Below the pieces are notes generated by a model. That model did not search any database, was not told the DNA's origin, and saw only the letters and a list, made by a program, of their open reading frames with translations. 64,000 bases of DNA from Dipteris shenzhenensis. Lineage: Eukaryota. The DNA is taken from assembly GCA_047967505.1 (NCBI GenBank), contig CM106538.1. One strand, written 5' to 3'. A program made the position numbers and the translations under genes. Positions 37,201-52,405 of this stretch are shown one piece after another. Within the stretch, counting starts at the first letter, position 1. Each line of letters starts with the position of its first letter.

Positions 37201-40200
37201 CCAAAAAAATCGAATTTGAATCTGAAGAAGGCCCAAGACTTGAGAGTAGATGAACCATTGAAGGAGCAGGTCTTTACAAAATCATAGCAGCTAAAAGGCA
37301 GGAAAGGAACTGAGTGGTCTGTTTGTGGGATCTCCTGGCTGCAGTTTGGAGCAGCAGCTAGTCACAAATTAGCCCGGGAGATCAGCAACGAAATGCATAG
37401 ATGCAGCTACAATTTGAAACAGGTCGAGGGGGAGAGGGAGGAAGGAAGTGTGGGGCTGAGAGGCTGGCAGAGGGGTGGGAGAAGAAGCTATGAGAGCAGG
37501 AAGGGGTTCACGGTGGGGAGCCTTGGCTGCAGCTCGTTTTTTTTGTTTTTTTTGGGGAATGGTCACTGTCTCGATTGCATGGAGACGTTCTATCTTTTAA
37601 GGTTTACATCGTCTCCTCTGAGCAAGTCTATGCTGGCGTGGTTCCACTCTTTCGAATTGCTTAACTGATAGAGCTACATTGAGAAATTGCAATTAAGGAG
37701 GTTCTGAAGTACTACAGCTGTTGGGTCTGGTGGGGGGGAAACTGCTAATGTTGGAGATAAGTTGGTAATGAGCCTACAGAATCCTTCAAGCTATGATATA
37801 GTATATTGGTGTTGTTGGCTTGATGCATGCATTAAGTATTTTGGATGTTTATCTATACCTGCTTTTACAGTCTTACAATTACCAGAGCTTTTATCACTGA
37901 TATAATAATCTCTGCTGCGATAAATACTTTTCTCTTTATGTGAGTCAATTTTTCTGGTGATTCGTATTGTTCAAATGTTGGGGGCTCAAATGCCAGGTTA
38001 TCGAAGTGAGGATGCTGAAAGAGAGACTGGCAAGCCTTCTGGAAGAATTCTGGAAGCAGATACTCATGATGTGGCACGCTTTTTGAATCGCATTTTGGGT
38101 TTACCACCTGATGTGCAGAACAGGTACTCTACTTTGAACTGATTCAGCTCATTTTAGGAAGTGATTTCTCTTTAATATGGTGCAGTGATGCAAAAGACAC
38201 GTTTGGATCCTCTTGATACGGCCCACAATATTTCCAAATGTCTGGACATCTCTTGAGATGTCCTCATAAAGTGCCAGAAATGGTGGTATACTCTGATGTT
38301 TGTGGGGAGAAGTAGCAAGCTGTGATGTGAAGCTATCGAGCACTTGACTTGGGTGCCTCTATGAGTCCTTGCCTAAGTTTCTAGACTTCCAGTTCAAGTG
38401 CATTGGTATTGGAATCTTGTTCTACCAATATGTTTTTGTATAGTACTTTTTCCTTTTACATTTTGTGACTCAATGTGGCCCTTTTTAAGCATTTGCATTT
38501 CCTCTTGTATTACGTCTTGATCCACTTCTTGTGAAGTTGTTTCCCCATGTAGAAAGTAAATCATTCCTTCATCCTTGTGATGAACTCTCTCAATGGAGCA
38601 GAGAAGGCATCCAACGTGGGAAATTTTTGAAGCAATTTTCATCCCCTTTACTGCATCCCCCTTTTGGCAGTTTTCACAATCTTGCAACGTGAGTAGCTAC
38701 AGAGTATCCATCAAATTTAAAATTGAAAATTGAAATTTAAAAATATTATGTCCAAAATGGGCATAAAGCCACATTTTTCATTTTCATTCAACTCTTGGTA
38801 GAAATATTTTGATGGAATTCCGTAGGCTACTTCACCCTTGGTATTGTTAAATTCTTGGTAGAGTTAGCCGTACTCTCTTTCCACCCATGCTGACAACCCT
38901 TAATACTTTCTGCCTCAACAGTATAAATCTTTATACGAGAAGTGCAAGGGTTACTTGATATTTTGAGGCTCTACTCCAAAGGTTACCCAATGCTATCTTT
39001 TTCACAAAACTTCGAGATAGATGACTGAGGCTGCAAGTAATGTTAACTTAGGTTGTCCTTTCTTGCTTGGGTGAACCATGAAGCCATCCTATTCACTTAG
39101 CTTCACCTTAGGCGCCTTGAACCTAATATATGGATGTGGATCAATTTGGACAACAGATGATGAATGATTTGTTTCGTCCATATCTAAGAAATTTTCTTGT
39201 GGTGTTTCTAGATGACATCTTGATTCACAGCAGGACTCTTTTAGAGCGTGGAGGCGATAGTGCTATCGATAGTTTGAAAAGAGCACCTTTTGTGAAAGAG
39301 AGCAAATATGAATTCTTAAAACATGAACTCACTTACCTTGAGCACGTCATTTTGGTTGATGGTATCAACCGAAATGACGTGCCCAAGGTATTGAGTAGCT
39401 TATTTTATGAAAGATTACTGAGGACAAATCTCTTCTTGGAGAGTTGGAGAGCTGAAATAGTGAGCTCCCTGCTCCTTCCCATCATAGTACCTCCCGCCCG
39501 TACGCTTCTCGCTCCCTCTTGCTTCCCCCCCCGTTTGGGTAGCTCCCTTCTCCACCTTCAGCCGCTCCTTTGACAGGGTTTCCGCCTCCAGACCATGAGC
39601 TGCTTGCAGCACCTTCAGTGCCCCTCCAGCTGGGCATGGCATTCGTTCAGCAGCCTCCAAGGCTCTTGGAAGGTCCAGGCCCCCTCCAGACAGGCGCGGC
39701 AGCTTGAAAGCATGCTGGCGCCTCGTTTTCTTTGGTCGTGGCAGTTTTGAGAGCAGTGGGGGACTTCTTTAAGCCCCCCATGAGCTCTCTTGGTACGAGG
39801 CTTAAAGCTGCTGGCACACCCAGCAGCAGTTTCGTCCTTACAAGGAGTGCTCAGTTTTCGTACCAGCCCTGGGTTCCTTTGCAGTCCCATTCTCGCTTGG
39901 GTTTGGGGCAGCTTCTTTGGTTGCTCTCGGAGATCATCAAAGTCCTAGGCCCTTGCTCTTTGGCTCAGCTTTTGAGCTTTGCTTGGGATTGTATGTACAT
40001 TCGGGAAGTCACCATCTATGGAAGAGGGGTTTTCCTTCTTCAATTGAGCTCACTCGATACCACTCTAGCACTAATGGAGCAAAGTCCCATATACCTAGGC
40101 CATCAACTGGTTATCTTTTTTTGTGGTACCATGGATTTACCATGGAGAATATGGATACGACTTATCATGTGCCATGCTTCCCGGTGGCGCTCCGCTTCTT

Positions 40201-43200
40201 GGGGCTCCGGAGAGAGTTCTGGGCCATCCTTCCCTCCATTGGTTGCTCCTTTGGCATAGTTTTAGAGGCTCCACCAGGCACAACAGCCTCTGTTGTGTAG
40301 ATGACGGGGTTCTTAGACTCAGATTGGTGGTTGAGAGTCTAGAATCCCTTCCAGAGCTTTTGAGTTCTTGATCCTTTGTAGGTAAACTGTTTGTAGTAGT
40401 AAATGCTGCCTCAGTACTCACAAAATAGAAGTGACTCTTCCTATACAGCAGCAACCTCTTTAATGGCGACGGTCAAAATCCAATAGATCCACCCACAATG
40501 GCATGAGTAGAATTCGAGAGCATGAGGGGAAGGAGATGGGATTGAGGTGGATGTAGTTGATCAACACAGCTCTCAAGCTGAAGAAAAAGGACAAGGGGAT
40601 GGATGAAGAAGATTCCTTGTTTAAGAAGGACAAGCTAACTTCCAAGCTCAAGAAGGCCTTGAAGGAACTAGGTATATGAAGTAAACTGGTCTAGATGAGA
40701 AATGGTGCAACAAGTGTTCTCAACAAGGACACATTGAAGATGAATGCTGGGCCAAGTGTAACAAAAACAACGCTATGGATGTAACCGAGATGGCATAGGA
40801 TACCAAGCCCAAATATGGTTTCCCACTGAGGCCCGAGACCCTCGATGGGGGCTAGGACAGTCCCTATGGTGTTGACATGTGGACCATCTAGCTCGTGATT
40901 GCGCCCGAGGACAGCGATGGGCCCCTCCACCCTCCCACAAGATTGACAAAGACAAAAGAGGGAGCCTCAAGCATATAGGGCTCAACATGCCCCCCGGCAG
41001 CATCAACATTAGCAATAGCAGCAACAACAGGAGTCCCAGACCCCTTGGGTGGAGCCCTCCAATGGGAGATGGGCCAAGGTTAAAGAGAAAAAGAAGTCGG
41101 GCAAGAAGGCTACAAAGAACCTCAGGCGGAAAGCTAGACTTAGGGAGAAGGTGCGAGCCGAGTGCGAGGCAGCCTCCCAGACTCGAGGAGAATAGTTTGG
41201 GAGTGTCCCTCGGACGTCGCAAGACGAGACCTTCTTCGATGTTCCGATATATCTCCTCGTGATGGTAGGGCCCAGAGTACACATACCTGCATAGCAGTAG
41301 GAAGTAGGGGCTCTTGCATCTTTGGTGGCCGTTGACCCTTCCGCCCTCCCTCCGAGGCACCCAGGGCTAGGGAATGGAGCACTCAGGTACCTACACAACA
41401 GAGAGGCACTGGAGCTCCCGTTTCTTGGGCGGTGGATTCCTTCCTTCTCTCTCCCTCCTGTCCGGCCCTGTTGTCCGGCCCTGTTGTAGTCATTGTCTCC
41501 ACCTGTCCCTGCCCTCTTCCTCTTCGACGCCTTCCTCTTCCCCTCCTGCTACAGCAAGTCCGATTGCCTCTTCCACTTCTTTTGCTCCCTGCTCTCCTTC
41601 TAGACTCGATCCTCCTCCCAAGCCTTTGGGAAAGGGATAGCCCCCCCCCCCCCCCCCCCCCCCGCCCTCTAGACTCCTCTCACCCGCAGTTCGGCTCTCT
41701 AGGACTGGGCCTCCTCGACATCAGGGAATTGATTTTGTCCTCCCAGTTTCTAGGCCCAAGACCTCACCGAGGGCAGCCCCTACCGTGTGCGTTTCGGAGG
41801 CTCGGGCCTTGAAACCTTCTAGAGATTCCAGATGTGTATCCCTTGGCGCTAGAGGGGACAATGTTGACCTTGTAGTCCCGAAAAGGGGCTGTGGCTCACT
41901 CATAGTGCTTCACCTATCTACCAGCTCCACTTTACCGCAGAGAGGCCAGGTGCATGCATGGCAGTAGTTATTTTTTGTTTGGGACCGGAGGTGGAGCTCA
42001 TGCATTCGGCTTACTGGACGCTTTAGCAATGCGCCTAGATGTTTGGGGCTGATGCCTCTTATATGATGCATAGGGCAGGGAAGATAGGCTTGGAGCTTGT
42101 CATGCCCTTGGTGGACTTCCACATTGATGAGGTCTTCCCAGCACAAGATACATGGATAGAGCATCCACATGATTGAGCTACATGAGGCGATCCCACCTAC
42201 TTGGCATCGTACTCTTTCTTCTCCAGAGGACGGCGTGTGGGAGACAATGGCCAGCATCACTGCGTGGAATAGGTGGATTGCGCGCTACAACCTAGTGATG
42301 GGTGAGCAACGAGCCCCACTACTTTCCAACCACTCTATAGAGATTGTGGCATTGGCCATGCTTGTATGGATTGTCCCATGAAAATAAGATCCCACAACAA
42401 AATGAGGCTAAGCCTGACGTCCCAATTGGCATTATTGGGGTGGACCATCAAATTCTAGGGCTCGCAAGCATATTGGAGTGGACCATCAAAGTCTAGGGCC
42501 CGCAAGCATATTATCACAACCTGTGAATGTGCTTACATGCCAATAAGTGAAGAGTGAATAGGAGGTGGAAGGAGGTAACTGTGGGAGGCCTGGGGTAGGC
42601 TGGTTGGGGACGTTATAAAGGGTGTGCGCATGAGTGTGCCAAACGACTAGGTCTCTGAAAGGGGATGTGGACCTCCACTCAAGAAACATATGCCAAAAGT
42701 CCTTCGAGTTATTACTACATAGAATGCTTAGTAATTCTTCCTCATTTTGATGGATAAAGTCTCTTTTCTTTTGACAAACCAAATGGTGATACTTCCGTTT
42801 GGTCTCTGTCTCAATAAGATGTTGCTCGGTCTCGAGTCCATGGTCTCGAGTCCCCGATTTGATGGTGCAAGGTCTTAGACTCGTCATTGTACTAGCTAGT
42901 GCAGGGAACCGGTTGATGGGCAAGTAGATCTGCTGGTGTGAAGGAAAGATTGGAGATCAACATTATGTAGGGAAAGGGTGAGAAGGGTGGCTCTATCCTC
43001 TACTAGCGGGATATCATCGAGGTCTTGAGGCACAGTGGAAAGACGGGTGGTACAAGTGGAGGCTAGTCTGTGATTAAAGGGGATCTCTTAGAAGGTGGTC
43101 TAAGTAGGATGGGCTATGCTCGGTGGTATAAGTGGGAGGGATAAGATAAAGAAAAGGTATATGTGGCCAGCTATAGGTGGAGGTGGGGGGATGGAGAAGT

Positions 43201-46200
43201 GGACTTAAGCCATCTCTCTAGATCATTATAGATGATCAAATCATGGATCCTGCCCATATCTATGAAGGTGTGCTTGCAACCTTCAACGCTCACAATCCTT
43301 CAGCATAGCTCATTTCTTGGCGACATGCCAATTGTCAAATTTTAAACTGCTTTCCTAATTACATGGCACCTAAGGGCAACTCTGGAGTCTTCGAAGCACT
43401 TGGTCACGGGGTGACTAGTTGCTTGCTAAGCTCCATATTGCTTGGGTCTGCAATCCCTCTTAGTACCAGCAACAATTAACTAAAGCGCACAACCATGGCA
43501 CCCATTCATGGTTAGCGCTTTGTAAGCAAATAATAATCTGTGGGCTAATATCCTTTCACTAAGAATGTCCCCACCAAGCAAACATGTGCACATAATATAC
43601 AACAATTTCTCTTGTTGACCAAGGTCAACTCTCTTGATCATAGTTAAGGGGTTGGACTGACAGTCGAAGCGCCTTAATTATGGCCAAGTCTCTCCAACCG
43701 AAGTTGGCACATCTTGGTTAACCGTAGTTAACCCTCTTGGCGTAAGCCAAGTCTCGTTGATTGAAGTCAACACTCTTTGACCGAAGTTAACGATGTGGTT
43801 CTTTGGCTAACCGTAGTTAAGCCTCTTGGCCTAGACCAAGTCTTCGTAATCGGGGTTAGGGTTACTTAACCAGAGTTAAGTATCTTTGACCGAAGTCAAT
43901 ACTTTGATTAATAAAAGATAACTCTTTGAACATATTTAAATAAATGAAGAACTCTTTAATTATGATCAAATAAATGATCAACTAGAACTATGACTTGGAG
44001 TATTTACAATTTGGTGACATTCCCTCGACTTCTATTTAGTTGACCTCAAATGAAAAGCTTCCTTGTAAATATCCAAAAGCTCGAGATGATGAGAGAACAT
44101 GTTTGCATCCATCCACTTGGCTGAATAGTTCTTGAATCCTGTAAAATTCCTTGCCCAGGAGGCCTTTGCGTACAATATGGTACACAATCTGCTCTAGCTG
44201 AAGGCCCTCCTCCAGCTCAGTCACTTCCAGTTGCTTTTGTTATTGCCTCTGTAGGCTCCGGTTCCTGATATTTCTTTAAAAGACTCACATGAAAGGCATT
44301 GTGAATTCTCCAATGCTCTGGCAGTGCCAATTTGTATGCAACCTCATTAATGTCATATGTACCCTGAAAGGGCCATAATACCTGCGAGATAACTTTGCAT
44401 ACACTTTTTCTTTGCCTTGAAGCTTGTGGAGCCTAGTTTTTGAACTTCAAAAGTACCAAATCCCCTCGCTTAAGATCTAGCTGTCTCCTGGGCTTATCTA
44501 CAGCCTTCTCATGCTTTTCTTAAGATCTTTCTATTGCTGTCCGAACCTGGCTGAAAGCTGTCTGGAGGTTTCAGACATACTGATCACCTGCAAAAATCTC
44601 ATCTTTAGTCCTCAGGATAGGTGGCAGAATCACCTTTCCATAAATGACCTCAAAGGGGGCTTTTCCTGTGGAGGTGTGAACAATATTATTATATGTGAAC
44701 TCCACGGTGGAAGGTACTTGTCCCAGTTGATTTTTGATCAGCCACGTAGTATTTCAATAGCTCCAACACTGTCAACGCTACTCTGCTTTGACCATCTGTT
44801 TGGGGATGGAAAGAAGAATAAAAATTCAGATTCGTCCCTATATTATAAAAAAGGGTTCTCTAGAATAGACTGGGCATTATAGGATCTCGGTTACTGACAA
44901 TGGACTTAGGCATACCATGGTGCTTAAAGATCTGTGCCATGAAAAGTTTAGCCATATGATATGTCTTTATAGTTTTGCGTACTAGAATGAAATGAGCTTG
45001 CTTGCTGAATCTATCAATGATAGTCCAAATCCCAGATTTTGATCTTGGTAAATAAAAAATGAAGTCCATTGAGATACTTTCCTAGGTGCCTTCCGCCTGT
45101 CATGTTTGACCTTTAGACAAGTGAGGCATTCTGTAACAAATTGATGTATATCCTTTTTTTTTTTCCCAAGAAAAAGACCTCTATTAAGTAAGAGAAAAAA
45201 CCCGCGAGAGCAAGCTCAAAGCGGAATACATCATGAAATCATAAGGATAAATAAAAACCCCCTTAGAGTGAGGTGGAAAACAACCAAGGCTGAGGCTGAA
45301 AGTGCCACCTCAACCCTATAGTAGTTTCAGAGAAGAAAGGAGAATCCTTCCATTCCATGAAGAAAAAAGCCCTCCTAGCTGAGGCTGCACGGGAGTCTCC
45401 CTGCATACCCGTCCATATGGCCATCAAAGTATGTACGATGTCTGTCCAGATACTAGCCAATGTGTGCGAGGGATGAACCTGAGTACCCTCCAAAGCCTCT
45501 GTGCATCTGGCTCTCCAGATATGCCAGGATGCTATGCTCGCTAGAATCTCCCAAGAAGTATCCACAGAGGCATGTACAGCTGTAAAAGGAAGGTGTGGTA
45601 CCACATCCAACGAACAGGACTCAATCCGATGACGTCGAACCGAAATGGCACGAGAGGAGTCAACTCTCTCATAGAAAACCTGAGGTCCTGTAAGAGAAAG
45701 CCAAGCCACTGAGCCCCATGTCATAAAAAATGGAGAATGGGCAAAGTGACTGAAAATCCTGGCTACCCCCATCGAAATCATCCTCGCCTGTCTGCAATCC
45801 CATAAGCAATGCTGAATAGACTCCGAAGCAGAAAGACATCGAGGGCATGTAGGGTCGGCTCCGAACCTGGACCTCCAAAGGTTCACTGCAATCCCTCCAT
45901 GGATAGAAAGCCAAAAGAAGATAGTGATCTTTCTATTCCTGTGGGATTTCCAGAGTCTCCTCCAGAAGCACCTCTGTAGATCCGCAGTAATATCAAAAGT
46001 CTCCCAATGAGGAACTCTGGAAGGTCTCCAACCTCTACTACTGAGCTGATATCTCCTGGCATTACTGACCGTGTAATGAAAGAAGGGGATGCTCTTCTCT
46101 CGATGCCCTGCGTCAATCCACTCCCACTCTTCGGGGTCCCACTGCAAATACCTGATGGGAACTCCCCCATAGAGCCAGAGCCTCCAAGACCCGGTGGAGA

Positions 46201-49200
46201 GTAGCCGGGGGTCTGGGTCTAGGAACCACTCTGAATCTGATCCCTGCATCAAAAGACCTACAACCCTGATAGGCTGAAAAGCAGACTCAAGCAAGATGTC
46301 CTCTGTGGACCTGAGCAATCTGCCACCATCCTGGACACTAAAAACCAAAGCATCGTCATGTGCATCTCGAAAGGCCAAAACTTGAAGCGGAACCCCACCT
46401 CTCGAAAAAGTACCTGCCCAAGTGGAGGAAGTGAGTGGCATATCATCTGTGCCTACCCAAACCTCTGGAAGGGCTGCCTCAATCTGCAAGATCCTCCCTG
46501 CACTCCCTCTAAGATGTCCTGTCAACCTTGATTTGGTCTCCTCTCGAAGCCTGCGGAAAGCTTTCCAAGACCCCATAGAAGATGCAGGTCCCCTCTCCCA
46601 CCTGGACCACTGCATGTAGAGTGAGGCACCCAGTGGTCTGCCATGATCGTCTAAAATACTGTCATTCCACATGATGGGTTGCCTATCAATCTCTTCCCGA
46701 GAGGAAGGAGGAATCCTCCGAAGAGTGCTTCTGAAACTGGCCCAAGCTTTCAGAATGGCAACCATGAGAGGGGACGAAGGTGATCTGAGGTGTGCTGTGG
46801 TGAAGATTCATCTAACAGTGCTCATCCAGTCTCCTCTTGAAGAAGGTGTGCACCTCTGTATGCTGCTGATAAGAAAGTCCTTCCACGGTTCTTGCCCTGG
46901 CATAAGTCCCCGCACCACCATCTTGCAAAGTAAAGCTCTGCACTGTAAATCTGGATCAATAATATTGAGACCCCCTTCCTGTGTAGGGAGGATGAGGGTC
47001 TCCCAAGCCACCCTGGCTAAGGCATCTGCTGTGCCATCAAGCCCACTCCAGAGAAAGTTTCTGATCGGTCTTCTGAGCTGAATGATGCAGTCCCTAGAAC
47101 GGCACCAACATGAACAAACAAACCAGGCTGTGGCCAAGAGGACCTAGTTGACCACCACAACTCTAGAGGCAAGATCCAGCTTGGGTGAGCTCCAAAAAAG
47201 AAGCTTCCTTCTGATGCTCTCCAAAACGGAAGCAAACTGCTGCGTGGTAGAAATATCCAAGCCGACCTGGCAGCCCAAATACCTGATAGGCTCACCCCTC
47301 TGAACCCAAGTGAATCCTATGTCAAGCCCCCAAACTGGAGTGTCCTCATCACTGATCCAAAAGCCATTGGATTTATGCGAATTTAACTGTGCCCCTGCCG
47401 CCAAGCAAAATAAATCCAATGCTGTCCTGAAAGAAGTGAGCGTCTGTGGAGTGGCATCCAAGTAAACTGCTGTGTCATCTGCCAACTCACTGTCAAGAAG
47501 CTCCTCTTCCCTTCTGATGGGAAGTCTCAGCCCAAAGATGTCAGCTTGAGATCTAACATATATACTCATAGCTTCGGCCACGAACAAAAAAAGGAAAGGA
47601 GCAAGGGGGCATCCCTGACGGACTGATCTCGAAATCTGAAATCTCTTACCCCTTACCCCACCAATAAGTACCTAGCTGTGGGCTGATCTGTACAAAGAGG
47701 AAACACCTCTGATCCAAGCATCAGTAAAGCCAAAGCGTAGAAGGGTGCCCTCCAAAAAACCCCAATCTACTCTGTCATAAGCTTTTTCAAAATCCAATAG
47801 TAGAATGGCAAGATTCTGGCCACTCTGAAGCTTCCTAGAAAGAAAAAATGTTATAAAAAATGCTTCTGCCATGCACAAATCCCATCTGAGTGTCATGAAT
47901 GAGATCAGGGAGAAGTGGCTGCAATCGGAGGCTGATAGCCTTGGCCAGAATCTTGTAACAAGTCCCCAGAAGTATGATAGGCCTGAAAGGGACTGAAGGG
48001 GGAAGAAGAGCAAGAGGGAGAGAGTGAGAGAGAGAGAAGACTCAAGGTGTGTGGGTGTGAAGTGATGAGCCACACCACAAACTCATTTGTTTTATTAGGA
48101 TTAGGTTTGCCCTATGACTTTCTTAAGACAGTCATAGGTGTCCTATCTTTAATGAAGGGTTGGCAATGTGCCTTTACCCCAACAACCTCCCACCTAAAGG
48201 CCAATGTGCCTAAAGGGGAGAAAAGAATAAAAATTACAGCAATATACAGTTACTGTATACAAGACCATAAAATAAGAATGGTCTCATCCTAATCCCATGA
48301 TGTGGCGGCAATGTGCAAACCGCTCTGTAGGCAAGCTCTTAGTGAGCAAATCTGCAGGATTATCATCAGTATGCACCTTCACAAGCTCAAGTCGCTTGTC
48401 TTCCAGTACCTCCCTGATGAAATGATATTTCACTTCTATGTGCTTGGTCTTCTGATGAAAGACCGGATTCTTTGGCAACACGGACGAGTGGCAACCATGG
48501 CATACATCAAAGAACCAACTGCAGATGCATACGGAACCTTGGCCATTTCAGCCTTATCATCATCTGATCTGGGGCTGTCCTTACTGCTGAGTTTTAAATG
48601 TGGAGGCAACGGGGTACTAATAGACTTCCCCCCCTCCATTTTAAACCTCTGCAGTACTTTGTCAATATACTCCTTTTGTGACAGAAACAAAAGTCCCTTG
48701 GACCTGTCACGAGTAATCCGCATGCCAAGAATATGATTTGCATCACCCAAGTCTTTCATGTCAAAAGACTTATGCAGTTGTTTCTTCAAAGCACTAATCT
48801 CATGCTGAGATTTACTGGCAATAAGCATGTCATCCACATATAGAATGAGTAGCATCAAACTGCCATCCTTTGCCCGTTTGGTGTACAAGCAATGATCGGT
48901 CTCACACCTATGATACCCTTGGGACTGCATGAAGGCATCAAACTTCCTGTACCATTCTCTTGGCGCCTGCTTGAGTCCATACAAGCTCCTCTTGAGCTTA
49001 CACACAAGCTGCTCTTTCCCTTTAACAGCATATCCCTCTGGCTGACTCATATAGATCTCATCATGGAGATCTCCGTGAAGAAAGGCTGTCTTCACATCCA
49101 TCTGACATAAATCCATGTCGTCATGAGCAACAAGAGCTAACACTGCTCTCAAAGTAGTCATCTTGACTACAGGGGAAAAGATCTCATCAAAGTCAATGCC

Positions 49201-52200
49201 CTTCTCCTGCTTCAATCCCTTGGCAACCAATCTGGCCTTATACCTAGGTAAAGCATTTGAATCCACTTTGACTTTGTAAACCCACTTGCATGGCAAAACC
49301 TTTCTGCCTGCAGGTAACTGCACCAAGTCCCATGTATCATTCTGAAGTAGGGAGTCCATTTCTGACTGCATGGCTTTCTCCCACTTCTTTTTCTCCGTTC
49401 TTCCCATAGCTTCCTTGAAGCTGGAAGGCTCACCACAATCTGTCAGCATGATAAAATCAGCCACATTATTGGCTCCTGGAACAAACCTGGCAGGAGGCCG
49501 TTGTACACGGGTGCTCCTTCTAACAAAATGTTCCGGATTAGGCTGCTGTCCAACCTGTTCTTCATGCATGACGGGTGGCTGTACCACCATATCTGGCTGT
49601 TCTACAGCCCCATCTGCTGGCACATCCAGTGGTGCATCATTGGCAAAATTATCTGGCTGATTGTCAGCCTGTATACCCTCTTGAACAGGGTGATCTGCAG
49701 CAGCCTGCTGCTGCATATAAATGGGCATTCTTTGCTGTCCAACATCATCATAAATAACCCTCCTGTATTCCACAGGTTGCACGGGTTCCTTGTGTACACT
49801 ATCCTCTTTAAAGATGACATCATTGCTGCGTATAATCTTCCGTTTAACGGGATCCCATAACCTGTACCCCATTTCACCTTCGTCACCATAACCCATAAAG
49901 ATGCATCTGATAGACTTTGGATCCAGTTTGGTGCGCAGTTCTTTGCGTACATGAGCAAAACACTCGCAGCCAAATACACGTAAGTGCTTATATGAAGGTG
50001 GCTTGCCAGACCACACCTCCTCTGACACTTTCAACTCCAAAGCCTTGTTTGGCGACCTGTTAATAATGTGAACTGCTGTTTGCACGGCTTCTGCCCTAAA
50101 ACCATGGGGTAATGCAGCATAAGACAACATACATCGAACCTTCTCCTGAATAGTTCGATTCATACGCTCACTTGCACCATTTTGAGATGCATTATGAGGG
50201 GCTGTGAGTTCCTGTTTGATGCCCTTAGCTTGGCAAAACTGCACAAAAGCATGTGACACATACTCACCCCCATTATCGGATCTGAGGCATTTCAGCCTGC
50301 GACCTGTCCGATTCTCAACCTGAGCGACAAACTTCTTGAAAGCATCTAAGGCATCTCCCTTATGCTTCAAGAAATAGACCCACACTTTGCGTGTGGCATT
50401 ATCAATGAAAGTAATAAAATATTTTGCACCCCCTAGTGATAACTGTGGCATCTCACACAAATCAGTGTGCACTAGATCAAGTGGTGCTCTATTCTGAGGA
50501 GTTCTCCTCTTATGAGGAGTCACAGAATGCTTGCCAAATATACAATGATCACAAGTAGGCAAATCTGAAAAAGAAAGAGGCGGCAGATAACCCAAACGTG
50601 ATAGTTCTCTGATCAAGCAATAATTGCATATGAGCCCTTGCTGCAGCAAGGCGCTCCTGAATCCAAGCATCCCTCTGCAAAGCTGCCAACTGCTGGCGAA
50701 CACCAATCTCACGTCTGAGAATATCTTGTCTCCTGGTACAAGCAATTGAGCGGTAGAAGTCGCTAATACCAGAAAGGGCAGCGGCTACATGTGATGGATA
50801 TGGCTGCCCACCCTGGACATGAGCAACCCATATCTGCAGGGCTGCCTCTGTAAGGTCCTCCTCTGTGTAAAAGGCATCTGGAATCCTGATGCTGGCAGAC
50901 CGGCCTCTCAAGTGAGGCTCTGAGATAGCCAGCACAACAGGAAAGTGGTCTGAAGTGGAAACCCTAGCAGCAATGCATACCGATCCACCTCTGTCTAGTG
51001 CCCAGTCATCTACATAGAATCTGTCAATGCGTGCATGAATAGGCATTTGTTGCCTCCTGTTCGACCAAGAGAACAGGAGGGACTGTGGCTGAATAAGAAA
51101 GGCATCATCACACCAAGTATCTCTGCCACAGAAGTGAAAAAGGAAGGCATCCCAAGCTGCTCTCTCCAAAGAGTGAAGTCCGTCTTCTCTACCCCTTTTT
51201 TGTCTGACGGTAACTCGACCATGTTAAAGTCACCTCCAATCACCCATGAATCCACAATGGGGGCCGAGGAGAGCAAAGTCTTCCACATAAGGACACGTTC
51301 CCCTCTAATGTTGGAGGCATACAGGTTAAGGAAACCAACCTTACGCCCTCCAATCAAAAGAATAATCCACTGAGCTCTAGAGGGAATAATGACTCCGTGC
51401 CCAACAACTAAGGGGAGAACCGACTGCGAAACTGAAATAGAAGTGCCCCCCCTGGTGCCCAAGGCAGGCGACCAAAAGGTATGGCCAGAAAGCAACTTGC
51501 CTGACTTGGCACAATCTCTAGAATCCAGCTTGTGCTCTTGAATAAATAATATATCAATGGAACCCCCAGTAACACCTGGATGAAGCTGATCCCGGATCAG
51601 CTGTCTACGGCGGCGATGTGGGACGCCACCTAGGCCCTGTATGTTCCAACTAATAATCCTCATCGACGGGAGGATGTAGAGTGGAACACCTTACCCGACC
51701 TAGTGGCAGAAACAAACGTCTCAACAGGGGAAGACCTCCTACTCGAGGAGGGAGGGATGGAACCAAGGAGGGATGGAACCAAGTGGCGGAAAATCAACAG
51801 GGGAAAGAACCCTGGCACCTAAATGAAATACCTCTCTAAAGCCTGAGTGGTAGCTGCAATTCCTCTATGCCCAGCATATGTAGGTGCATGGCATTCCTCT
51901 AGAATCTTTTGCCTCATCTCTCTGATGATGCATAAGCAGTCATCTTTCATTAGGTATTCATCTTTTAGGGAATAGTGACTGGTGGACTGCCCCTCTTGCA
52001 CTTGCTGAGAAATTTCACCATAATCTACGTCATTGTCATATTGCTCTCTCATACCTTCCAGATCCCTATGATAGCCAATAGTTACATTATTCACCTGGGG
52101 TCTTTGAGACAAAGCATTTGCCACTTTGTTTTGTATATTTGCCCATTTCATGCGCTTCTTGGAGAGCTTAGTCTGAGTCAAGAAATATCGGAGATTTTGG

Positions 52201-52246
52201 TGATCAGACTTTACAGTAAAGTCTGCACCCAAAAGATAGTGTTTCC

Positions 52247-52302
<56 letters not shown>

Positions 52303-52356
52303 AGGGAGGGAGGGAGGAGAGAGGGGGGGGGGGGGGGGGGGGGAGGGAGGGAGTAC

Positions 52357-52405
<49 letters not shown>

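Larger units (their letters stand above)
43263..52245 (-). mobile_element. Gypsy element 3' half (RNase H/integrase 52245-51820, integrase 45152-44030, 3' LTR about 44019-43263), interrupted by a LINE
   Basis: [80 protein letters not shown] then TGTCAC at 44019; LTR shares CAAAGAG..TTGACTTCGGTCAAAGA with the LTR at 55.9 kb. Left LTR end approximate. Confidence 0.75.

Noticed and set aside
36290-37700. Possible extra host exons or a second gene before the isolated exon
   Set aside because: FGT1 homology is already continuous from 7020 to 37997. The ORFs here are short, lack recognisable motifs and lie in GA-rich TE-like DNA.
48436-50745. 769-aa ORF looking like a LINE-Copia fusion protein
   Set aside because: The first ~45 residues are an off-frame reading of LINE sequence joined to Copia integrase-RT by a deletion, with a non-ATG start. 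It is a chance junction, not a gene.
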